From Candidatus Kaiserbacteria bacterium (GTDB taxonomy: Bacteria > Patescibacteriota > Minisyncoccia > Phycocordibacterales > UBA2100): 64,000 nt of DNA. A program made the translations under genes and the position numbers. The notes under the pieces were generated by a model. It saw only the letters and a list, made by a program, of their open reading frames with translations. It had not been told where the DNA came from and did no database searches. Shown here in pieces: positions 38,796-47,418 of the stretch (its first letter is position 1; each line of letters starts with the position of its first letter). Where the stretch lies: positions 189,656 through 253,655 of the forward strand of contig CP070993.1 of the NCBI GenBank assembly GCA_017134395.1, written 5' to 3'.

Positions 38796-39638
38796 ATGTT
38801 AAAAGAACGACAGGCAGCAATTCCTATTACGGATGAGAACACTTACTATCTATATATTGATGATTCAGGAGAGCGTCTCTCCCATGTACCACAAAATCCA
38901 AAACGAGATGATGGATTGGACTATTTTGCTCTAGGAGGAATTCTGATCAAGAAAACTGACCGTGATTTCGCAATCACTAAGTATAAAGAGCTCAGAAAAA
39001 AATGGAGGCTTACGTACCCTCTTCATTCAACAGAAATTCGTCGTTTTCGCAAAAACTTTATTTGGCTTATTGACACTAAAACCAGGGAAGAATTTATGGT
39101 TGATCTTGAAAAGTTTTTGTATGAAATACCTGTCATTGGTTTCGCAGCAGTGATTGATAAAGTTGGATACAACAAACGATATGAGGAACCGTATGGGGAA
39201 AAACGTTGGTGGTTATGTAGAACTGCCTACTCTATATTAATTGAACGAGTAGCTAAATATGTTCATTCCAAAGATGGGTATCTTAGAGTCGTTTTTGAAA
39301 ACGCTGGTACGAATGAAAACAAAGCAATATTACAATACGCTAAAGACCTTAAAGATACTGGGATGCCATTTAATAATGACAATTCTTCTAAATATGGGGC
39401 TTTTAGTCCTGATGATTTCAAAAAAGTTGTGCTCGGAGAACCTAAACGTCACGAGAAAAAATCTCCTCTAGTTCAAGTTGCGGATATATATTTATACCCA
39501 ATGGTTCGAGGTGGCTATTATAAGGATTATCCACCCTATCAAAGCTTATTAAAAAGAAAAAAACTAATAGACGCACTCCTGCCTGGTGCTGATTTAGATA
39601 GTATGGGGATCAAATACAGCTGTTTTGATTCTCGGTAG
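38796..39638 (+). CDS. DUF3800 domain protein (predicted RNase H-like fold)
   Basis: YLYIDDSG, YFALGG, LHSTEIR, C-terminal LVQVAD; TTGCAT-18-TAGTAT promoter 8 nt upstream. Confidence 0.88.
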   Translation: MLKERQAAIPITDENTYYLYIDDSGERLSHVPQNPKRDDGLDYFALGGILIKKTDRDFAITKYKELRKKWRLTYPLHSTEIRRFRKNFIWLIDTKTREEFMVDLEKFLYEIPVIGFAAVIDKVGYNKRYEEPYGEKRWWLCRTAYSILIERVAKYVHSKDGYLRVVFENAGTNENKAILQYAKDLKDTGMPFNNDNSSKYGAFSPDDFKKVVLGEPKRHEKKSPLVQVADIYLYPMVRGGYYKDYPPYQSLLKRKKLIDALLPGADLDSMGIKYSCFDSR

Positions 39639-39653
39639 ATGGCAAAATTTAGA

Positions 39654-39725
39654 TAACAAAATCCCCAGTCGAAACTGGGGATTTTGCCAGCCCGCAACGC
39701 GGACTCGGGGGCGTGGTGCCCATAC
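39654..39725 (-). ncRNA. Candidate DUF3800-associated small RNA, convergent with the DUF3800 gene
   Basis: Minus-strand TTGTAA-17-(TGa)TATATT promoter at 39758-39730; two GC-rich hairpins, then 13-bp terminator stem with UUCG loop (39657-39686). Confidence 0.65.
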
Positions 39726-39858
39726 CTAGAATATATCATGTAATATGTCTTATTACAAGAATTTGGGGATAGTTCCGACCGCTTAACAGAGCCATATTTT
39801 GGCCATTCTGTGTACAATTCGTTCTTTTTTTATTAACATTCGTAATTTGACAGACCTC

Positions 39859-39915
39859 CCTCAAAAAAATAAAATTAAAAATATTCAAAAGATTTTTAAT
39901 TTTATTTTTTTGAGG
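39859..39915. repeat. 24-bp perfect AT-rich inverted repeat
   Basis: CCTCAAAAAAATAAAATTAAAAAT (39859-39882), 9-nt spacer, exact reverse complement 39892-39915. Confidence 0.85.
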
Positions 39916-40012
39916 TTACTTTATTGTATAATCCAAAAATAATTTAAACATTCTCTGTTTATTACAGATTGTGTTTAACTGGCTCGTTTAATTCTTATGG
40001 TAAGATTCATCT

Positions 40013-40867
40013 GTGAAATTTGATTTAGCAGATTTATTTTCATTCCTAGCAGGATTAATTTTGGGAATACTTCTAGGAATTGAACTCGTAGTAGATTTTC
40101 TAAATAAATGGCAAACAATTGTAGGTGCACTTATTGGAGCCGCTGCCCCACTCATAGTTTATTTTATAGGAAAACGACAGGACGAATATTATGCATATCT
40201 CGTACGGCTTGATAAGAGCCTCTCGCTAGCTGTTGTGAACTTAAGTGAAATTGATAATACTCTACATACATTTGTACGCGGAAGCTTGCAGAAACTAATA
40301 GATTCTGTCACGCAGACAGCAAAGCAAGATGAATTTGTTGCAAGAGCTTTTGTTCCTCTTCTATTTACTTACGAACTTCCTGAGGAGATTATTAAATTGA
40401 GCACCAAAACTGCATACATAGATAATAACTTACTACTCGTATATTCACGTTCTAAGGAGCTAGATCCTATGGTCGCAGACATAGGAAGACAATATGATAA
40501 AACGTACGAACTGCAGCTAACTTTGGTGGGCTCGAAAATGACTCCTGGTTCACAAATTACGACGGACTTGAATTCCATGTACGCTCAGAACCTTGAATCA
40601 TTCAAAGCGTATATCGAAGAATATTGGGCTAAAAACAATATGCCGATTTACCTTAAAGAACTTGTTCAGTTGCAAGTTGCTGTCAGAGAATTGCGAGAAA
40701 TGCGACGTCTTGGTTGGATAGTATGGCGCTGGAAATATGAAAAGGGAGCAGCTGATGATTTTGCTGTCATGCAGGAGTCTATCGACAAATCTTTGGAAAA
40801 GAAAGTTGGAGAAAGATTAGACCTAATCAAAAGAACAGCCTTTAATCGCTACAAGAAGAACGATTAA
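40013..40867 (+). CDS. Hypothetical protein with two N-terminal TM helices
   Basis: 284-aa ORF, GTG start 6 nt after TG.TAAGAT, hydrophobic residues ~6-53, helical C-terminus. Confidence 0.7.
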   Translation: MKFDLADLFSFLAGLILGILLGIELVVDFLNKWQTIVGALIGAAAPLIVYFIGKRQDEYYAYLVRLDKSLSLAVVNLSEIDNTLHTFVRGSLQKLIDSVTQTAKQDEFVARAFVPLLFTYELPEEIIKLSTKTAYIDNNLLLVYSRSKELDPMVADIGRQYDKTYELQLTLVGSKMTPGSQITTDLNSMYAQNLESFKAYIEEYWAKNNMPIYLKELVQLQVAVRELREMRRLGWIVWRWKYEKGAADDFAVMQESIDKSLEKKVGERLDLIKRTAFNRYKKND

Positions 40868-41010
40868 AGGATTTTCTGTGCCAATTCGGATCCATAAATG
40901 GAGGAAAATATATATTTCCAATGATTTCGATTTCTTTTGAATCACCCCCCCTTTTTTCTTTATTTCATCATTCATATAAAAGGTGTCGCAAAACAACGCT
41001 AGTGCGTCAC

Positions 41011-41029
41011 CTCCCCCCACCCCGCCGCA
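41011..41029 (+). repeat. 19-bp direct repeat, copy 2
   Basis: CTCCCCCCACCCCGCCGCA identical to 38312-38330. Confidence 0.85.
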
Positions 41030-41102
41030 CTGCCAATTCCTTATCATTGACATACAGTATAGACATGGTATAGTACACCTCCACAACAGCAAGGAGTTTC
41101 AA

Positions 41103-41186
41103 ATGAATCTCGCAGATTTTCTTATAGCACTCGTCATTCTTGCGGTTATTGGTGACATCATCGTGATGATTATCCAAGCCGTTTGA
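41103..41186 (+). CDS. 27-aa hydrophobic peptide (type I toxin-like)
   Basis: MNLADFLIALVILAVIGDIIVMIIQAV; TTGACA-16-TATAGT promoter (41047-41074), SD AAGGAG 41091-41096, hairpin 41220-41254. Confidence 0.6.
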   Translation: MNLADFLIALVILAVIGDIIVMIIQAV

Positions 41187-41219
41187 GCAGAGAGCTGATT
41201 GAAACCTGAGTACATGTGG

Positions 41220-41264
41220 AAGGACTCAGCTTCATGATTCCAGGCTGAGTCCTTTACTGTTTTT
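41220..41264 (+). terminator. Terminator after the small peptide gene
   Basis: AAGGACTCAGC / GCTGAGTCCTT stem followed by T-rich tract. Confidence 0.65.
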
Positions 41265-41475
41265 ATTCAATATCGCCGCACCCAAATAGAAAAGTCTCAG
41301 AGTACGCGGTGCAATTTGCATACACCCTCTGAGACTTCAGCCAGACAAATGAAAACAATTCACCTGCTCTATTAAGGCTTCTTCTTTTATATCATAAGTG
41401 GTGTGGTGGTGCTACTTCCCTGCCATACTCCTCATTTGATGGGAGTTTAATTATCTACTTATATTCTGTACATAT

Positions 41476-41545
41476 AAAAAGGCGCCCAGACAGAAGTCTG
41501 GGCGCAAGGGTTTGGGGTGTGCGTGATTAGCTACGGCGCCGATCC
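41476..41545 (-). ncRNA. Candidate ~70-nt small RNA
   Basis: Minus-strand TTGACT-17-CATTAT promoter (41579-41551) and terminator GCGCCCAGAC-TTCT-GTCTGGGCGC-CTTTTT (41505-41476). Confidence 0.4.
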
Positions 41546-41887
41546 TCTTTATAATGCTTGCTATCGCTTGAAAAGTCAATGTTCATTGACAACTACCCTA
41601 CCGTGGGTGCAGAATATGCATCCACTTCAACAAATACAAGGAAAAGAAGATGTCAAATCACGGTTTTCACCTTATCCCTCACGCAGGGATGTCGTTACTT
41701 GAGAAAGCGGCGTGGGTCTTCATCTTGCTTCTCATTGGTGCTGGGCTAGATTTTTTCCTAGTCTAAATTTGAGTTGAATTGGAGAGCCTAGCTCTTCACA
41801 GTGTTTTATATACGTGTGATTGAGCTGGGCTCTTTCTATTTTATTTAGTGAGATAATGGCTTAATATAAACCTGAAATGAATGAACG

Positions 41888-41984
41888 CCACCGCAGGAGT
41901 ACTTCCATTATTTCTAAACACTGCGTATTAAGAAAAATTGGTCGCTCAATTTATTGAGGTGTTTGTTTTTTGCTGTTTTAACCA
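41888..41984. repeat. Dispersed ~100-bp intergenic repeat, copy 2
   Basis: Shares GAGTACTTC..TATTTCTAAACACTGCGTATTAAGAAAAAT..CTCAATT..TGAGG..TTAACCA with 6485-6592. Confidence 0.85.
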
Positions 41985-41986
41985 TT

Positions 41987-42433
41987 TTACAGTTCTAAAT
42001 CGTGTATTTGCAGTTCCCCACTTGTTGCATCGAGCCACCGTACACCAGAAGGAACAATTTTAAACATCACAAAGTCCTCCCTATCTTTCACATAGTACTT
42101 TGCTGGGTTTTTTGCAGTAAACCATGCAAGTCTCTCTGCTGTTTTCTCGTGTGGTATTTCTTCTGCAATACCCTGTATGTCTACAACCTGTAATGGGTCA
42201 ATACTCTCTTGGACAACAGCAACAGATACGTGGTTGTCAGCCTGCAATGCTTTATATTTCCCGAAGCACTCACAGGTACCAAAGTAGATAGTAAAGTCAT
42301 CATCCACAGCATAGAGCATGAGTGATGAGTTTGGATGCTTTTCAATATCTAAGACAGTAAGTACCATCTTTCTGTGTCCCTCTAAGAAACTAAGGGCCTC
42401 ATCTTTTAAGATTTCGTTTGTCTTTTCTTCCAT
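41987..42433 (-). CDS. Pyridoxamine 5'-phosphate oxidase-like FMN-binding protein
   Basis: VL.V.....P....M.Y..D.DF.IYFGT....K...L..N..VSV, V.IQG.AE, F...KI.P...RWLD. Confidence 0.8.
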   Translation of the reverse strand: MEEKTNEILKDEALSFLEGHRKMVLTVLDIEKHPNSSLMLYAVDDDFTIYFGTCECFGKYKALQADNHVSVAVVQESIDPLQVVDIQGIAEEIPHEKTAERLAWFTAKNPAKYYVKDREDFVMFKIVPSGVRWLDATSGELQIHDLEL

Positions 42434-42438
42434 AAGTT

Positions 42439-43191
42439 CTATTTACTGCTTCCTACCTTTTCAAATGCTCGAAGAACTTCTATCGGCATAGCGAACACAA
42501 CTGTGTTGCTCTGGTCTGAGCTAAGATCGTTTAGTGACTGCAGTGTTCGCAAGTGAAGTGCACCAGGTGCAGAGGCCAGAATATCGGCTGCTTTTGCCAT
42601 GTTGTCGGCTGATATTACCTCACCTTCAGCCTTAATGATAACAGCTCGTTTTTCTCGTTCTGCTTCAGCTTGTTTTGCAATTGTTCGTTCCATATTCTCT
42701 GGAAGTACAACGTCTTTGAGCTCTACATTATCGACTTTAATTCCCCAGTCATCACTCGCCTCATCAACAATTATGCGGATTTTATCTGAAATTTTCTCAC
42801 GCCCTGCAAGAAGCTCGTCAAGCTCAACCTCCCCTACCACGTTTCGCATAGTGGTTTGCGCAAGCTGACTTACGGCAAAGAAGAAATCTTCTACGTTAAG
42901 AATAGCCTTATCTGCATCTGAGACTTTATAATAGATAACAGCATTTACGCCCACTGAGATGTTGTCTTTCGTAATAGCTTGCTGCTGCGGTACATCTACT
43001 GCCTTTACCCGCATATCTACCTTTCTCATTTTTTGGAATACAGGTATAACGATGCGCCACCCCGCTTTTCGCAAACCAGTAAAGCGCCCCATAGTAAACA
43101 TAAGCCCCTGTTCGTACTGATTGATTTGTCGCAATACTGCGACCGCGATACCAATAGCTACGATTATAAGTACAAAAAATTCCATACGCAC
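42439..43191 (-). CDS. SPFH/stomatin (slipin) family protein
   Basis: Q..ITKDN..V.V.AV.YY, LAQTT.R.VVG...LDELL, WG.KV..VE.KD, A.QAEAERE.RA. Confidence 0.95.
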   Translation of the reverse strand: MRMEFFVLIIVAIGIAVAVLRQINQYEQGLMFTMGRFTGLRKAGWRIVIPVFQKMRKVDMRVKAVDVPQQQAITKDNISVGVNAVIYYKVSDADKAILNVEDFFFAVSQLAQTTMRNVVGEVELDELLAGREKISDKIRIIVDEASDDWGIKVDNVELKDVVLPENMERTIAKQAEAEREKRAVIIKAEGEVISADNMAKAADILASAPGALHLRTLQSLNDLSSDQSNTVVFAMPIEVLRAFEKVGSSK

Positions 43192-43237
43192 ATTTAGTAT
43201 TAGTCTAATATAAACCTATTATAGTCTTTTCAGGCTT

Positions 43238-43831
43238 CTATTGCCACGGAATATCGAATTGGTCGAATTCGGGCAGTAGTTTTTCGTTGTATAGCAGTCG
43301 GTTTATTACCTCAGCATGACTTAACGCACCCGTGAGCGCATTGTGTGGTTGTGGCTCTTCTGGAATACCGCAGTAGTTTAAGACTGCATCGAGATTTAGT
43401 GCGCTACGCTTATGTTCAGCGTCGAGTGGTGGGACACCTCCCCCTTTAATGATGTGCATCCATGCAAGTGAGTGGCTGTCGATTGTACGGTGTGCAAACG
43501 GATAGTTAATCCCTGCTCGGTAACACGCCGCTTTTACAAAATCTCTATCGAAAGAAACATTCTGTCCACCGAATGTTTTGTCTTCTAGCGGCTCCGTCCA
43601 TGCAATAAACTTTTCGATTACTTCTGCTTCTGTCTGCTTTGTTGGGTCAGTAATCTCTTTTTCTGTAAATCCGTTTACCTCGAGTGCTCCTTCCATAACA
43701 TGAGCTCCGTCCCACATACGACACTCTTCGTAAAATCTATTGTCGGGATTTTTGAGGTCGAGTGCCCCAAGGCTCACAATGGAGTGCTTATCTGACTCTG
43801 TTCCTGACGCTTCTATATCTAAAATCAACAT
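43238..43831 (-). CDS. DEDDh 3'-5' exonuclease
   Basis: LDIEASG, N..FD..F, ID, H.AL..A. Confidence 0.85.
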   Translation of the reverse strand: MLILDIEASGTESDKHSIVSLGALDLKNPDNRFYEECRMWDGAHVMEGALEVNGFTEKEITDPTKQTEAEVIEKFIAWTEPLEDKTFGGQNVSFDRDFVKAACYRAGINYPFAHRTIDSHSLAWMHIIKGGGVPPLDAEHKRSALNLDAVLNYCGIPEEPQPHNALTGALSHAEVINRLLYNEKLLPEFDQFDIPWQ

Positions 43832-43869
43832 ATCGCTTAACTATAAACTACCAGCTAAAAACTACCAAC

Positions 43870-44241
43870 TTATTTCAAACCTTTACAATTTCCTGCTGGA
43901 GAATATCCTGCACTACGTGCTTCTTCGATAGAAGCAAACCATATCTTGTTTGCTTCATTCATAGTCCGAGCGCTTGAACACCATGGAAAATGGTATTTGC
44001 TACCATTTTTTGATGCTACAAATAGCCCACCGATAGATATTGGCTCCTTAGTGTCTGTTTCGGCATCAAATAAACGTACAGCAGGTTGTACATCCTCGTA
44101 ATTAGACAATCTGCCCAAACCAAATGCTGAAATGCCTACAAAAAGTACAATCAGTGCGAAAAGAACATCTTGTGCCCAATCACCAGTTTCGGCCTTGATT
44201 TGCAAGACTCGTTCAAGTATACTTTGCCACCAGTTCGCCAT
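43870..44241 (-). CDS. Membrane protein with Ada-like metal-binding C-terminal domain
   Basis: TM ending FGLGRLS; VASK.G.KYH.PWC, WF.S.EEA...GY.P..NC; start likely ATG 44241. Confidence 0.75.
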   Translation of the reverse strand: MANWWQSILERVLQIKAETGDWAQDVLFALIVLFVGISAFGLGRLSNYEDVQPAVRLFDAETDTKEPISIGGLFVASKNGSKYHFPWCSSARTMNEANKIWFASIEEARSAGYSPAGNCKGLK

Positions 44242-44270
44242 GCGGACATCATACCTTACATTTATATTAT

Positions 44271-44543
44271 ATGGCACATAGAAAAGCCGGAGGTTCGGCA
44301 AAAAACCTAAGAGACTCAAACCCAAAGTATTTGGGAACTAAACTAGCGGATGGCCAGAGTGCACAGATCGGATCTATTATCGTACGTCAGCGTGGAACTA
44401 AGATTCTTGCTGGAAAGAACGTAGGGCTTGGAAAAGACCACACTCTTTTCGCACTTGCTGAAGGTACTGTAAAGTTCCGAAGTGCTCGCAAAATACGTTT
44501 CGACGGAAATACAGTTATAAAGAAGGTTGCAGACGTTCTCTAA
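44271..44543 (+). CDS. rpmA: 50S ribosomal protein L27
   Basis: [33 protein letters not shown]. Confidence 0.98.
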   Translation: MAHRKAGGSAKNLRDSNPKYLGTKLADGQSAQIGSIIVRQRGTKILAGKNVGLGKDHTLFALAEGTVKFRSARKIRFDGNTVIKKVADVL

Positions 44544-44547
44544 GTTT

Positions 44548-44601
44548 TAAATAAAAAACAAAAAACACCCACTTTCGTGGGTGTTTTTTGTTTTTTATTT
44601 A
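44548..44601. terminator. Bidirectional terminator between rpmA and rplI
   Basis: 25-bp perfect inverted repeat TAAATAAAAAACAAAAAACACCCAC-TTTC-GTGGGTGTTTTTTGTTTTTTATTTA. Confidence 0.85.
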
Positions 44602-44604
44602 GTT

Positions 44605-45051
44605 CTACTCTTTTGTTTGTACTGAAAGTACTACCGGAACTTTAGTAGTACCAACCTGAACATGTACTGTGTGTTCGCCAATTTCCTTAATTGGCGTATC
44701 AATAACAACTGAAGCAGCTTCAACTTCAACACCTACAACATCTTTAATATGAGCGGCGATAATATCTGCGTGCAAAGCCTCAAATAAATGCCCTTTTTCA
44801 TTTGTAGTTGCTCGAATAACCAACCCTTCTCCTTTTAGTTTTTTTAAACTTCCTTCCAGTACAGCCTTTGTTTCTTCTTGTTTCGAAGCTCGTTCTGTTT
44901 CTGCTTTCTGTGCATTTTTTATTTTCGCGTCTGTCGCAACTTCTGCAAGCCCATGCGCAATAAGAAAGTTTTGAGCATATCCATTTGATAATTCCTTTAC
45001 TTCACCCTTTTGTCCAACTTTTGCTACATCTTTTAAAAGTATTACTTTCAT
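44605..45051 (-). CDS. rplI: 50S ribosomal protein L9
   Basis: MKVILLKDV..VG..GE......GYA.NFL, G.LF, PIK.IG.H.V. Confidence 0.96.
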   Translation of the reverse strand: MKVILLKDVAKVGQKGEVKELSNGYAQNFLIAHGLAEVATDAKIKNAQKAETERASKQEETKAVLEGSLKKLKGEGLVIRATTNEKGHLFEALHADIIAAHIKDVVGVEVEAASVVIDTPIKEIGEHTVHVQVGTTKVPVVLSVQTKE

Positions 45052-45097
45052 ATATCTTTTCTGTATTTAATTAATCGAGTCACAAGAGTACTTCCAT

Positions 45098-46375
45098 CTA
45101 CTTAGAATGTAAATACTCTACAGCTCGCTCCATAATGTAGTCTCGTTCTACACCTTCTTCTTCATCTTCTGGGAACTCCACTACAATATCTGGTTCAATA
45201 CCCTCTTGTGTGATGAAAACGTCTCCCTTGAGAAGCCATCGAGCAATAGTGACTTTCAGCGACGTCTCAGGTGTTATATCTATAAGTTCCTGTACAGATC
45301 CTTTACCAAAACTCTGTGTCCCAACTAAAGTTGCAACACCGTGCTCGTGTAATGCACCTCCAAGAATTTCAGACGCGGAAGCTGAACCACCATCAATCAG
45401 GATTACGAGCTCTAAATCATCATTGAATACATCGTATCCACGACTTCGGTGAATTCTATTTTCGCCATTGCCTCCATAGTCTTCGGTGACAACAATCTTG
45501 CCACTCGGTAAGAACCAACTTGCCATATCTACCGCAGCGTCGAGGTACCCACCTGGGTTCCCACGTAAATCAATAATGAGTTTCTTATAATTTGTTGCTG
45601 CAAATTCTTTTAATGCTAATCGAAACAACTCGGAAGACTTCGCTGAGAAATTATACAGTTCGATAACAAAAATACCGTCAGCACGTCGTTGTGTTTCGAT
45701 AGTTGGAATTTCAATAGTATCTCTCGTTACACTTATTTCGAGCATATCGCTCTCACCTTCTCTGACAATAGTAAACACAACATCAGTACCCTTTTCTCCT
45801 CGAATAAGACTAACTGCAGCGTTTATGCCCATATTTTTTGTAGACTGCCCGTCAATTTCGATAATTCGATCACTACTTTTTATACCAGAGTTATATGCAG
45901 GAGTTCCTTTTAAGGGCGAGACAACAGTAAGCACTCGATCACGAATTGCAATTTCCATTCCCACCCCTTCAAAACTACCACTAATATCATCATTAAATAC
46001 TTCTGCTTCTGTCGGTGGCAAAAATACCGTGTACGGGTCACCCATAGACTCAACAAGACCGGTGATCATACCCCATACTCTTTCCTGGTCATTTTCAGAT
46101 TCACTGTTTTCTGTAGTGGTTGCAGTTTGTACAGTTGTTGTCGCATAGGCATCAATAAAACGTTCATCAAGAATATTCCACGCCCGCCATACCGGATTGA
46201 AATCAACAGCAGCAGGTTGCGTACTTGCTATAGAACCTGCAGCAAACGCTGAAAGTCCGTAACGATTAAATTGTTCAGCCAAAACACCTTTGCCACCTAC
46301 GAAAACACCAGCCACAAATGTAATGGTGATTATGAGGACTCCGGTGAATACGGAGCGAAGTGATATACCTACCAT
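45098..46375 (-). CDS. Carboxyl-terminal processing protease (S41A) with PDZ domain
   Basis: DPYT, G.F.G.G, IIDLRGNPGG, SASASEI, FGKGSVQ, GI.PD; start likely ATG 46375. Confidence 0.95.
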   Translation of the reverse strand: MVGISLRSVFTGVLIITITFVAGVFVGGKGVLAEQFNRYGLSAFAAGSIASTQPAAVDFNPVWRAWNILDERFIDAYATTTVQTATTTENSESENDQERVWGMITGLVESMGDPYTVFLPPTEAEVFNDDISGSFEGVGMEIAIRDRVLTVVSPLKGTPAYNSGIKSSDRIIEIDGQSTKNMGINAAVSLIRGEKGTDVVFTIVREGESDMLEISVTRDTIEIPTIETQRRADGIFVIELYNFSAKSSELFRLALKEFAATNYKKLIIDLRGNPGGYLDAAVDMASWFLPSGKIVVTEDYGGNGENRIHRSRGYDVFNDDLELVILIDGGSASASEILGGALHEHGVATLVGTQSFGKGSVQELIDITPETSLKVTIARWLLKGDVFITQEGIEPDIVVEFPEDEEEGVERDYIMERAVEYLHSK

Positions 46376-46475
46376 CGCACTATTATGCCATGTAGCTATC
46401 TGCATTCAAAATTCTCAGCTGGTTATACACGCATAAAACCAATAGCTTCAAATTCGTACAGTATACTTACAGGTA

Positions 46476-47396
46476 ATGTTACATCGCCATGAATACAAAG
46501 ACCTCGTCTGGATAGATTTTGAATGCCCGACACTTGAAGAAGTACGCCGCGTAGCAAATGAATTCGGTATCAACCCATCAGTTGCCGACGAACTTCTCTC
46601 ACCAACACTTCGTCCTCATACAGAGAGGTACGATGAATATCTCTATCTCGTTTTGCATTTCCCTACACTGCAACACCCAGAGCACACTGCAGTAGCACCT
46701 GAGCATGAAGTTGATTTTATTATTGGAAAGAACTTTATTATCACAACACGCTACGAAGAGCTGACTACATTCGTAGAATTTCGGAAAGTGTTCGAGGTTA
46801 ACTCTTCACTAGAAGAAGGTCATATTAGCGAAAATGCTTTTGATGTCTTCTTATTACTCACAAAACGTCTCTACCGTATTGTTGATGTTGATATTGATAA
46901 AATTAGAGACACACTTGAATACATCGAGAAAGAAATCTTTGAAGGACGAGAGCGTGAGATGGTTGAGGCACTTTCACGAGCTGGACGCGATATTCTAAAT
47001 ATTAAACAAGGTCTTGACCCTCATCAAGATATCTTAAGTTCTCTCAGCGAACTAACTGTCGAGTTTGCAGGAAAAGAGTACGCGTCACAAATACGTTCCA
47101 TAGAAAACATGTACTATCGCTCACGCAAGCATACGACGCGTATCTGGCAGACGATGGTTGAATTAAGAGAAACAAACAACTCCCTATTGAGTACAAAGCA
47201 AAACGAAGTTATGAAGATTTTTACCATTCTTGCGTTCGTTACGTTCCCGCTATCACTCGTTGCTTCTGTTTTTGGGATGAATACGCTCCATACACCTTTT
47301 GTAGGAGGTGAGTATGACTTCTGGATTGTGATAGGACTAATGGCGTGTGCAACTTTCTTTATGTTCCTCTTTTTCCGCCACAAACGTTGGTTGTAG
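46476..47396 (+). CDS. corA: CorA family divalent cation transporter
   Basis: WID...P, N.VMK..T....P.....FGMN, two C-terminal TMs. Confidence 0.9.
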   Translation: MLHRHEYKDLVWIDFECPTLEEVRRVANEFGINPSVADELLSPTLRPHTERYDEYLYLVLHFPTLQHPEHTAVAPEHEVDFIIGKNFIITTRYEELTTFVEFRKVFEVNSSLEEGHISENAFDVFLLLTKRLYRIVDVDIDKIRDTLEYIEKEIFEGREREMVEALSRAGRDILNIKQGLDPHQDILSSLSELTVEFAGKEYASQIRSIENMYYRSRKHTTRIWQTMVELRETNNSLLSTKQNEVMKIFTILAFVTFPLSLVASVFGMNTLHTPFVGGEYDFWIVIGLMACATFFMFLFFRHKRWL

Positions 47397-47418
47397 AAAG
47401 GCACCTACCTAGTATATA

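Noticed and set aside
39722-39750. dif-like site (CCTAGAATATAT resembles the B. subtilis XerC arm)
   Set aside because: The XerD arm does not match, and the sequence is better explained as the minus-strand sRNA promoter
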